From IMG/VR virus record IMGVR_UViG_3300032213_001903, positions 1 to 55,341 of that record: DNA of 55,341 nt. One strand, 5' to 3'. The stretch's first letter is position 1; the number at the start of each line of letters is the position of its first letter. The DNA comes from a virus (lineage: Duplodnaviria > Caudoviricetes). The notes beneath the pieces are model-generated. The model did no database searches, was not told where the DNA came from, and was given only the letters and a program-made list of their open reading frames with translations. Both the position numbers and the translations under genes were made by a program. Shown piece after piece: positions 44,978 through 52,599 of this stretch.

Positions 44978-47131
44978 ATGAAACTTCACAGTGCCGTTCA
45001 AAATGAAGCCATCGTTTCCAATGTAGGAGAGATTGGCGAGTTTAGAATTCGTAATTCGGCTAAAGCATTTAATATTCTATCTAGCGGTCTATATGCAAAT
45101 AAAATCCGTGCTATCATCCGTGAACTGAGTTGCAATGCCGTTGACAGCCATGTTGCCGCAGGTAAACAGGATACTCCCTTTGATGTTCATCTGCCTAACG
45201 CACTGGAACCTTATTTTTCTATCCGTGACTATGGTACTGGTCTAAGCCACAATCAAGTCACCAATATCTATACTACTTATTTTGAATCCACCAAGACCGA
45301 TAGTAATGAATTTATCGGTGCGCTTGGTCTGGGTTCTAAGAGTCCATTCAGTTACACCGACAATTTTACTGTGACCGCAGTCAAGGATGGTCGCAAAGGT
45401 GTCTACACCGCCTTCATTAACGACCAAGGTGTGCCCAGTATCGCCCTAATGATGGAAGAACAAACCACTGACCCTGCAGGTGTCGAAGTGCGGTTTGCTG
45501 TAGATAGTCGCTATGATTTTGATAAGTTTCGTCAAGAGGCTCGTTATGTCTATGAATATTTCAAATTGCGCCCGGTGATTAAAGGCAGCGCAGATTTTAA
45601 ATTCACTGATCCCGAATACAAAGAAAAAGATATTATTCCCGGCGTACATAACATTGCAGGCAATCGCAGTTATGCAGTGATGGGAAATATCAAGTATCCT
45701 ATTGAAATTCCTAATGCAGAAAATAGTCTCGGTAAACTGCATACCTTGCTAGGTTGCGGCCTCGTCATGGAATTTAATATTGGTGAACTTGATTTCCAAG
45801 CAAGTCGTGAAGGTCTGAGTTATATCCCCGAAACGATTCAATCTATTAAGCGTAAACTTGAGGCACTGAATGGACAATTGTCTATTCATATTGCTAATGA
45901 AGCCAACAAGATTGAAAATCTGTGGGATCGTGCAGTGTATCTGTCTGTTCGGCACAATGAAAATCTTTGGTCTAATGCAGTAATCAAGTATGTTGCTGAT
46001 ACCAAGTTTGAATTATTTGATCCTCACACTAGTCGTTGGCAATATCTCAAACAATTCAAACTGGATGTGAAGGATCTTGAAAGTAAGTACAACATTGTTA
46101 TCCGCGGTTTTTCAAAATCTCGTGGTGTTGCTACTTGTACTAACCTTAAGTTTCATACAGGTTATCAACAAACTGCCAATGGTCAAGTCTTGCAACAAGA
46201 GTGGCACATCACTGTGTCTGAGGATGTGAACTTTGTTATCACTGATACCAAAGTTGGTGCGTTGGAGCGCAGTAAGTATCATTGGAAGAATATTCAGTTG
46301 ACCAAACATCACAACCATGTGTATGTTATTGAGGCTGCTGACAAAAACAAACCAATGAAAACTGATCAGTTTTTCAATGATATCTACAATCCTCCTGCAA
46401 GTAAAATCTTTGTAGCAAGCGATCTCTTACTGAAGGATCGTGCTAGTAGTCTAGGAAAGAATGTCACTATCCTGCATTTGGTGGAGGGCGCACGCCGTGG
46501 TCGTTGGAGTAGTTCTACCCCAATGGTTTGGCACGATGCTGGAAAAGCTGATAATTTTGATAGTAATGAAACCTATTATTATCTACCGCTTAGTGGCTTC
46601 AAGTGTTTGGGTCTTGTTGAAGATGTTAAAAATCTTCACCTTAATCTACAAAAGAGTGGTATCTTTACTTACACCATCTATGGTGTGCGTAAGAATGATC
46701 TAGAGTGGGTAAAACTACAAAAGAACTGGGTTAACCTTAACGAACATATCAAGGACAAACTCAGCAAAATGGGTAACGCAGATGTGATGGGTTTGGTTAA
46801 ACAGGCTATTGACTGGAAAGACCTTTATCAGTATAATGCTATCAAGCATGTAACGAATCCGAATAGTCCTTATGTTGTCCTGTTCAATACTTTTAAAGAT
46901 GTAAAAGTAGAAGATGGTAGCCGCAAAGTTCATCTTGAATGGTTGTGCAAAATGTATTCGGTACAAACTCAAGCAAATGTTGATCCGTCACAATTGATTG
47001 ATAAGTACACTAAGATGGTCGGAGATATTTACAAGCGTTACCCACTGTTGAAGCATATCAGCCGATACAGCGTCCAAGCAAACGATATTGCTGAATACAT
47101 TAATTTGATTGATTCTCACAAAGGAGTTTAA
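44978..47131 (+). CDS. rIIA: RIIA-like lysis inhibition/anti-exclusion protein
   Basis: GHKL ATPase: IRELSCNAVDSH, RDYGTGL, STK..IGALGLGSKSPF; upstream of rIIB. Confidence 0.9.
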   Translation: MKLHSAVQNEAIVSNVGEIGEFRIRNSAKAFNILSSGLYANKIRAIIRELSCNAVDSHVAAGKQDTPFDVHLPNALEPYFSIRDYGTGLSHNQVTNIYTTYFESTKTDSNEFIGALGLGSKSPFSYTDNFTVTAVKDGRKGVYTAFINDQGVPSIALMMEEQTTDPAGVEVRFAVDSRYDFDKFRQEARYVYEYFKLRPVIKGSADFKFTDPEYKEKDIIPGVHNIAGNRSYAVMGNIKYPIEIPNAENSLGKLHTLLGCGLVMEFNIGELDFQASREGLSYIPETIQSIKRKLEALNGQLSIHIANEANKIENLWDRAVYLSVRHNENLWSNAVIKYVADTKFELFDPHTSRWQYLKQFKLDVKDLESKYNIVIRGFSKSRGVATCTNLKFHTGYQQTANGQVLQQEWHITVSEDVNFVITDTKVGALERSKYHWKNIQLTKHHNHVYVIEAADKNKPMKTDQFFNDIYNPPASKIFVASDLLLKDRASSLGKNVTILHLVEGARRGRWSSSTPMVWHDAGKADNFDSNETYYYLPLSGFKCLGLVEDVKNLHLNLQKSGIFTYTIYGVRKNDLEWVKLQKNWVNLNEHIKDKLSKMGNADVMGLVKQAIDWKDLYQYNAIKHVTNPNSPYVVLFNTFKDVKVEDGSRKVHLEWLCKMYSVQTQANVDPSQLIDKYTKMVGDIYKRYPLLKHISRYSVQANDIAEYINLIDSHKGV

Positions 47132-47133
47132 AA

Positions 47134-48114
47134 ATGTCATTTCCCTTCATTCTTCAAGGTAACAATGTTACCGTAGTTATTGGTTCTAAACCCCACACTA
47201 TCGCTAAGAGCCATATTACTTATCAAAAGGTAATTGATAGTATCAAGGCAGGCGATTGGGATAAAGTCAAGGACATTATCGAACCTAAACAAGTTGTTCT
47301 AAATTACGGCAAGGGTAATGTAAGTATCCAAGGTGAGGACCTTTACTGGAAGGGTAAGCTCATGCACAATGCATTGACCAGTCGCATGATTGCTATGCTG
47401 CAGGATGAGTTTCCCATTGAGCCTCTTGTTAACTTCATGGAAAACCTCATGAGTAACCCTTCTCGTCAAGCGGTTAATGAACTTTATGGTTTTCTTGAAA
47501 AGAATAGTCTGCCGATTACTCCTGATGGTCACTTCCTCGCATACAAGCGTGTGCGTGAGGACTACAAGGACATTCATAGTGGCACTATGGACAACAGTGT
47601 TGGTAAGATTGTTGAAATGGAACGCAATGAAGTTGATGACAACCGCAACCAAACTTGTTCTACTGGTTTGCATTTCTGCTCTCACAGTTACCTCGCACAC
47701 TTTAGTGGTGCTCGTACCGTGATTGTGAAAATCAATCCTCGTGATGTAGTGTCCATTCCTAGCGATTACAACGATGCTAAAGGTCGTGCATGTCGTTATG
47801 AAGTGGTCGGTGAAGTTGGTGTAAATCCTGATGACAATGCTGAATTCAGTAAGCCTGTACAGACTAACGCCAATAGTGTACCTGTCAAGCGTGAACCTAA
47901 ACTTGGTTCTACTCCGTTCTATCGCGGTTACAGCGACGGTTATAATTATCACTATAACAACAGTGACCACTTTACTAACTGGAAAGATCGTAACGATTAC
48001 GAAGAAGGTTATGACAAGGGTGATTGTGACCGTGAAGATGGCAATGATCCTCGATATAAGTATATTATTAAATCTACTACTAATTCGTGGCCACTACCTA
48101 AGAGTAGCTACTAA
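47134..48114 (+). CDS. rIIB: RIIB-like protein
   Basis: NPS..AV.ELY.FL, ITPDGHFLAYKRV, CSTGLHFC, INPRDVVSIP.DY...KGR.CRY.V. Confidence 0.92.
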   Translation: MSFPFILQGNNVTVVIGSKPHTIAKSHITYQKVIDSIKAGDWDKVKDIIEPKQVVLNYGKGNVSIQGEDLYWKGKLMHNALTSRMIAMLQDEFPIEPLVNFMENLMSNPSRQAVNELYGFLEKNSLPITPDGHFLAYKRVREDYKDIHSGTMDNSVGKIVEMERNEVDDNRNQTCSTGLHFCSHSYLAHFSGARTVIVKINPRDVVSIPSDYNDAKGRACRYEVVGEVGVNPDDNAEFSKPVQTNANSVPVKREPKLGSTPFYRGYSDGYNYHYNNSDHFTNWKDRNDYEEGYDKGDCDREDGNDPRYKYIIKSTTNSWPLPKSSY

Positions 48115-48115
48115 A

Positions 48116-48147
48116 CAAAATGGGCATTGCGCCCATTTTGTTTTTTT
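48116..48147 (+). terminator. Rho-independent terminator
   Basis: CAAAATGGGC/GCCCATTTTG then T-run. Confidence 0.8.
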
Positions 48148-48153
48148 GTAAGG

Positions 48154-48193
48154 TTGACAATAAATCCATTTTCTTATACAATACTTGTATTGA
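48154..48193 (+). promoter_or_regulatory. Early sigma70 promoter (repeated motif)
   Basis: TTGACAATAAATC-N-TACAATACTTGTATTGA. Confidence 0.85.
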
Positions 48194-48208
48194 AGATAAG
48201 GAACTGGA

Positions 48209-48349
48209 ATGAAATATACTCTGGTCACAGGTAAAGGTAAAATATTCACTTTCTTCATCAAATCCGTCGCCGAAACTTATCAAAAAGCATATGGCGGAAT
48301 AATCATCACAAACGAAATTTTTGAAAAGGAAACTTATGTCTCTAATTAA
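48209..48349 (+). CDS. Hypothetical small early protein
   Basis: TAAGGA RBS; MKYTLVTGKGKIFTFF. Confidence 0.6.
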   Translation: MKYTLVTGKGKIFTFFIKSVAETYQKAYGGIIITNEIFEKETYVSN

Positions 48350-48584
48350 TAAAGTCATGGACAAATATGAGAATTTGTCGGTTAGGAAAAAAGCATTTAT
48401 TGATATTGTTGGCATGTTTGCAGTTGCCATCACAGCCGGAATCGTTGTAAATATTATTGCTAGTTATAACTTGTGGATGGAAACTGCACTTGCATTAAGC
48501 ATCATTGTTCTAGTTGGTGTAACTAAAACAGCATATGATTTTCGAGTTTGGCAACACACCATCAGCAAGGAACTGAAAAAATAA
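48336..48584 (+). CDS. Hypothetical membrane protein
   Basis: Two hydrophobic segments. Confidence 0.65.
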   Translation: MSLINKVMDKYENLSVRKKAFIDIVGMFAVAITAGIVVNIIASYNLWMETALALSIIVLVGVTKTAYDFRVWQHTISKELKK

Positions 48585-48587
48585 AGA

Positions 48588-48627
48588 TTGACAATAAATC
48601 AGTTTGGGCTTACAATACTTGTATTGA
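48588..48627 (+). promoter_or_regulatory. Early sigma70 promoter (repeated motif)
   Basis: TTGACAATAAATC-N-TACAATACTTGTATTGA. Confidence 0.85.
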
Positions 48628-48648
48628 CACTGACACACAGGAGTTTTT

Positions 48649-48939
48649 ATGGCAACGATTCAGGAAATCAATAGCACTATCATTAGTGGTCAATTTACCA
48701 ATGAACAATTGGATTCTATTACAATGGCAATAAAATTTGCCCGTAATCAACTTGCACAAAAAAACAAGTTCACAATGGTTAGGGGTTCTAAGGTTAAGTT
48801 TGTGTCTAGTCGCAGTGGAAAGACCGTGCTCGGTACGGTTGAAAAGGTCAATCGTAAATTCATTATCGTGCGCGAGAACACCGGTAGCATGTTTGGCATG
48901 CAATGGCGAGTCCCTGCCAACATGCTAGAGGCTGCTTAA
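48649..48939 (+). CDS. Hypothetical early protein (SH3-like barrel suspected)
   Basis: AGGAG RBS; GSKVKF..GTVEKVNRK..WRVP. Confidence 0.7.
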   Translation: MATIQEINSTIISGQFTNEQLDSITMAIKFARNQLAQKNKFTMVRGSKVKFVSSRSGKTVLGTVEKVNRKFIIVRENTGSMFGMQWRVPANMLEAA

Positions 48940-48949
48940 GGAGTTAATC

Positions 48950-49165
48950 ATGGATCTTAGTAAAATATTTGTTACTGTCGTTTCTGGCATTTTGTTTTTG
49001 ATCTTTCTCAGTTTTGTACTGAGTTGGCCCGTCTACATGCTGTGGAACGGTTGTCTGGTTGGTGCTGTGACTGGTATCAATGAAGTGACCTGGCTACAAG
49101 CATGGGGTCTGAATATTCTTGCAGGTTTTCTGTTCAAACACACTGTCCTCCGTGTTAAGGAGTAA
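48950..49165 (+). CDS. Hypothetical membrane protein
   Basis: Hydrophobic; LWN...TWLQAWGL. Confidence 0.7.
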   Translation: MDLSKIFVTVVSGILFLIFLSFVLSWPVYMLWNGCLVGAVTGINEVTWLQAWGLNILAGFLFKHTVLRVKE

Positions 49166-49168
49166 ATT

Positions 49169-49351
49169 ATGAGTCAAATGTCAGAGTTGGATATTGATAT
49201 TAGAACAATGTTGGATAATAAAATTCATCCTACAAAAATCGCAAAACAACTACAAATTCCGCTTACTTGGGTGTATGATACCCTCGAAAACATGGACAAT
49301 TCAGAAAATAATACTGAAGTATTCAGTCCTTTTGAAACAATGAATTCTTAA
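49169..49351 (+). CDS. Small HTH-like protein
   Basis: PTKIAKQLQIPLTWVY. Confidence 0.55.
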   Translation: MSQMSELDIDIRTMLDNKIHPTKIAKQLQIPLTWVYDTLENMDNSENNTEVFSPFETMNS

Positions 49352-49356
49352 AAAGG

Positions 49357-49396
49357 TTGACAATAAATCGTTTTGGCTATATAATACTTGTATTGA
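49357..49396 (+). promoter_or_regulatory. Early sigma70 promoter (repeated motif)
   Basis: TTGACAATAAATC-N-TATAATACTTGTATTGA. Confidence 0.85.
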
Positions 49397-49418
49397 TAGT
49401 TAAGTAACGGAGCTTTTT

Positions 49419-49742
49419 ATGTTGTTTCAAGAAACTGAACATCAATCTGCTGGTCGTTTTGCATGGTTTGCAGCGCGGGACGCACGAATGAAAAGTTTAG
49501 TTAATGCTTCAAGATTTTCGGATAGCCAAAAATTGAAGGCTGAAAGGATGAAATTGGCTCTTGAATTGGTATATGCTTGCGAAGAAGTTAGTATTACCAA
49601 TTGCAAAAAGTGGATTCGTGTCAAGGTTCACAAAGCCAATATTCGTGACAAGAAACAATTGGCTCTCCTTGAGAAGGATTGGACCAAAGAAGGTATTACT
49701 AAAGTGTCCACTAACCAAGGTGTCATCTATCATGTCGCCTAA
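49419..49742 (+). CDS. Hypothetical early protein
   Basis: GGAG RBS. Confidence 0.7.
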   Translation: MLFQETEHQSAGRFAWFAARDARMKSLVNASRFSDSQKLKAERMKLALELVYACEEVSITNCKKWIRVKVHKANIRDKKQLALLEKDWTKEGITKVSTNQGVIYHVA

Positions 49743-49748
49743 AAAAGG

Positions 49749-49788
49749 TTGACAATAAATCATTTTGGATATATAATACTTGTATTGA
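49749..49788 (+). promoter_or_regulatory. Early sigma70 promoter (repeated motif)
   Basis: TTGACAATAAATC-N-TATAATACTTGTATTGA. Confidence 0.85.
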
Positions 49789-49810
49789 GTTTGAAACACA
49801 GGAGAAACAA

Positions 49811-50236
49811 ATGGCTTATATGTCTCAGGAACGCAAATCAGAAATCGCCCCTAAGGTCAAGGCTGTCTTGAAAAAATACGGTGTCAAGGGCACTCTTGCT
49901 GTCCGTAATCATTCTACCTTGGTCTTGAATATCAAGTCCGGTAAAATTGATTTTATTGAGAACTTTATTCAGACTGATGCCAATGTCATGCATGGTCGTA
50001 AAATGGATCAAAGTCAAATTGACTACATCCGCAAGAATCAATCAGTGGATGTTAATCCTTACTGGTACAAGGAACACTTTTCGGGTAAGGCTCTTGCTTT
50101 CTTGAAGGAACTGTTTCCGGTAATGAACAAAGGCAACCACGACAACTCCGATATTCAAACTGACTACTTTGATGTGGGTTGGTATGTTAGTGTCAACATT
50201 GGTAAGTGGAACAAGCCTTATACTTTGGAGAAATAA
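49811..50236 (+). CDS. Hypothetical phage protein
   Basis: MAYMSQERK..DNSDIQTDYFDVGWY..IGKWNKPY. Confidence 0.75.
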   Translation: MAYMSQERKSEIAPKVKAVLKKYGVKGTLAVRNHSTLVLNIKSGKIDFIENFIQTDANVMHGRKMDQSQIDYIRKNQSVDVNPYWYKEHFSGKALAFLKELFPVMNKGNHDNSDIQTDYFDVGWYVSVNIGKWNKPYTLEK

Positions 50237-50237
50237 A

Positions 50238-50717
50238 ATGTCTAAAATTGAAATGAAGCCTGTTAAAGGTTTTACTGGTTATTTTGTTACTAAGTCCGGA
50301 GAAGTTTATTCTACTCGGCGAAATGGTGAACCAGTAAAAATGACACCAAATGTTTTTAATGGATACGAACGAATTAAATTGACACGGAATGACGGTTCTA
50401 TTTCTAACACCACTGTTCATCGATTGGTTGCTGAAGTATATTTGAAAAAGCCTAAAGGAAAAAATATTGTCAACCATATTGACGGTGTAAAAAATAATAA
50501 TAAGGTTACTAATTTGGAATGGACCGATCATCGTGGTAATATGAAGCATTATGGTGAGAAGCTTGAAAAAGGTTATCGTATTCAACGAAACAAAATAAAA
50601 CAAGACCTTGATAAAGCAAAGCAATCTGTACTTAATCTTGCTTTTAGTCTTTATAAGGATCAAGCTCCTGAAGAATTTATTAAATTGTATGGTGTAACTT
50701 ATAACCTAAGCAAATAA
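50238..50717 (+). CDS. HNH homing endonuclease (NUMOD4/HNH_3 type)
   Basis: Y.VT.SGEVYS, VHRLVAE.YL, VNHIDG.K.NN...NLEW. Confidence 0.88.
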   Translation: MSKIEMKPVKGFTGYFVTKSGEVYSTRRNGEPVKMTPNVFNGYERIKLTRNDGSISNTTVHRLVAEVYLKKPKGKNIVNHIDGVKNNNKVTNLEWTDHRGNMKHYGEKLEKGYRIQRNKIKQDLDKAKQSVLNLAFSLYKDQAPEEFIKLYGVTYNLSK

Positions 50718-50718
50718 A

Positions 50719-50946
50719 ATGAACGATAAAGATAAATATAACCTACAGTTTATGTTGTCCTTGTCTACTAATGAATTTGCTGATTGGTATCAATCAATTA
50801 GTTTTACTGATAGGGAATATGCTAATGAACTACTAGATCAGGCTAAAAAAGAAATCACTGTGCAGGTTGCGTCAATGCATGATGATATATTAGATGTAAC
50901 TGATGCTAAAAAGTTGTTGAAAAAATTCACCCTTAAAGGAAATTAA
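50719..50946 (+). CDS. Hypothetical protein
   Basis: Coupled ORF. Confidence 0.65.
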   Translation: MNDKDKYNLQFMLSLSTNEFADWYQSISFTDREYANELLDQAKKEITVQVASMHDDILDVTDAKKLLKKFTLKGN

Positions 50947-50947
50947 A

Positions 50948-51100
50948 ATGAAATTTATGGTTCTTGTGCGTCTTAAAGATGAACCCGGTGCTGGTCTAAT
51001 GCGTGTTATGATCGAAGCCGATAATGGATATAATGCTTTGCAAATGGCTAAAGCACAATATGGACGACTGTTGTTGTCCGAGACTGCAATCCCTCAATAA
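50948..51100 (+). CDS. Hypothetical small protein
   Basis: AAGGA RBS; 50 aa. Confidence 0.6.
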   Translation: MKFMVLVRLKDEPGAGLMRVMIEADNGYNALQMAKAQYGRLLLSETAIPQ

Positions 51101-51210
51101 GAATTTTGGTAACACAAGTGGTTGACAATAACAGTTACTTGTGTTATCATTATAACTGTGTCGAAAGACATATTTTTATCAACTTAGTCTAACTGTAAAG
51201 GAAACACAAA

Positions 51211-51579
51211 ATGGCTAATCAAACTTTCAAAGTCGCTGGTATCACTGTTCACAATGGTAATGCCAAGGTTCGTTTCACTGATGACATGGTTCGCCGTGTT
51301 AAACAATTCACTAAAGGCGGCGCTGCTCGCTGTGACTTTATTGAGTTGCCCAGTGAGATGACTAAGGTAGAGGCACTCAAGTATATGCAGGCACATGACA
51401 TGTTCAAGTCTGCTGAGGATCAGGCAACTATCAGTGATAGTCTCGCCGATCGTGAAAAAGAAGTAAAGAAAGGCACCGTTAAGGTCAAAGCATCTAAGCC
51501 TAGCCTCGACGCTATTAAAGCTCGTGGTAAAAAAGCAGTAACTGAAACTGCACCCTCAACCGAAACTATTGCGGAGTAA
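51211..51579 (+). CDS. Hypothetical protein
   Basis: AAGGA RBS; FKVAGIT..KVRF..IELP..MTK.EA. Confidence 0.75.
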   Translation: MANQTFKVAGITVHNGNAKVRFTDDMVRRVKQFTKGGAARCDFIELPSEMTKVEALKYMQAHDMFKSAEDQATISDSLADREKEVKKGTVKVKASKPSLDAIKARGKKAVTETAPSTETIAE

Positions 51580-51611
51580 TAAATAGGACCACTAAGTGGT
51601 CCTTACTAATT

Positions 51612-51827
51612 ATGCAATATTTTCGTTTGACCGATGTAAATGCACGACGACTATTTGATCCTTCTAATGAGCAGGATTTGCGTGAGTTGCAACATTATAT
51701 CAAAACCAATCAATGGACCAAAAATTGTCCTTTCTATCTTGAAGAACACTGGGACAACATCCCTGCAATGTGTATGCAAAAATACACCGAGTTCATGTTA
51801 GATAGGACACTTCAACCATCGAAATAA
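51612..51827 (+). CDS. Hypothetical protein
   Basis: W...CPFYLE..W..IP motif. Confidence 0.65.
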   Translation: MQYFRLTDVNARRLFDPSNEQDLRELQHYIKTNQWTKNCPFYLEEHWDNIPAMCMQKYTEFMLDRTLQPSK

Positions 51828-51851
51828 AAAAGCCCCGCAAGGGGCTTTTTT
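51826..51851. terminator. Bidirectional terminator between convergent units
   Basis: AAAAAAGCCCC-GCAA-GGGGCTTTTTT. Confidence 0.9.
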
Positions 51852-51861
51852 GTGTTTTCTA

Positions 51862-52599
51862 TTAATATGGTTTAGTAGAAGTTTGTGTAACTGTATTGTT
51901 GTTAGTTACAGTTTGTGTACCTGAGGTGTCTGTAGTAACTGCCGCACCCAACATCAGGTACTTAGTGTTAGCCAAACTAGTCAATGGTGCCGACGGTGCT
52001 GTCACCGTACTACTGGTGCTGTTATACACTGCTGAGCCCACAGTGATTCTAAGGTTGGTTATAAAGCCAGACCAATATCCGCCATAGAATCTGCCTATCC
52101 AGTTACAAACACCCGTGTAATCAAGATTGTTGACTTGTGTGCCACCGCTAACACTGGTTCCGCCTGCGGCACCGGTAGCACGACTACAAGTGACATAAGC
52201 ACTGGTATTGACAAAAGTGCCTATCCACATTGTTTCTACTTGAGTACTAGCATTACGATTTAATATGATATACTGCCACTTATTGACTTGTAAGGTGTTA
52301 CTGGGAAAGGTATAAGTCCTAGCACCACCGCCACCATATTTGTCCAGGGTCAATGACTGTGCATCAGTGTTGAATAGACTTAGAGCACCTCCCTGATCTG
52401 TAGCAACAAATGCCTTTTGAGTAGCATAGGTACTATTGTTGTAGAACCAACCTTCTATGGTGTAAGCACCGGTACCTAATGCGGCGCCTGGCGACATACT
52501 AAGATACTGACTGCTTCCGTTAAACTGTAGGCTACCAGCAAGTGCAGTATAGCTTACACCTGCTACATTATTCATCATAGCCAACATTGCGCCTGCCAT
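51862..52599 (-). CDS. LamG/concanavalin A-like virion protein
   Basis: SLQFNGSSQYL, YTIEGWFY, WQYI.L.R, G.ITNLRIT.G.AVY. Confidence 0.8.
   Translation of the reverse strand: MAGAMLAMMNNVAGVSYTALAGSLQFNGSSQYLSMSPGAALGTGAYTIEGWFYNNSTYATQKAFVATDQGGALSLFNTDAQSLTLDKYGGGGARTYTFPSNTLQVNKWQYIILNRNASTQVETMWIGTFVNTSAYVTCSRATGAAGGTSVSGGTQVNNLDYTGVCNWIGRFYGGYWSGFITNLRITVGSAVYNSTSSTVTAPSAPLTSLANTKYLMLGAAVTTDTSGTQTVTNNNTVTQTSTKPY

Noticed and set aside
47299-47970. 223-aa antisense ORF inside rIIB (also 40021-40596, 42864-43415)
   Set aside because: Antisense shadows of well-supported genes, explained by codon bias
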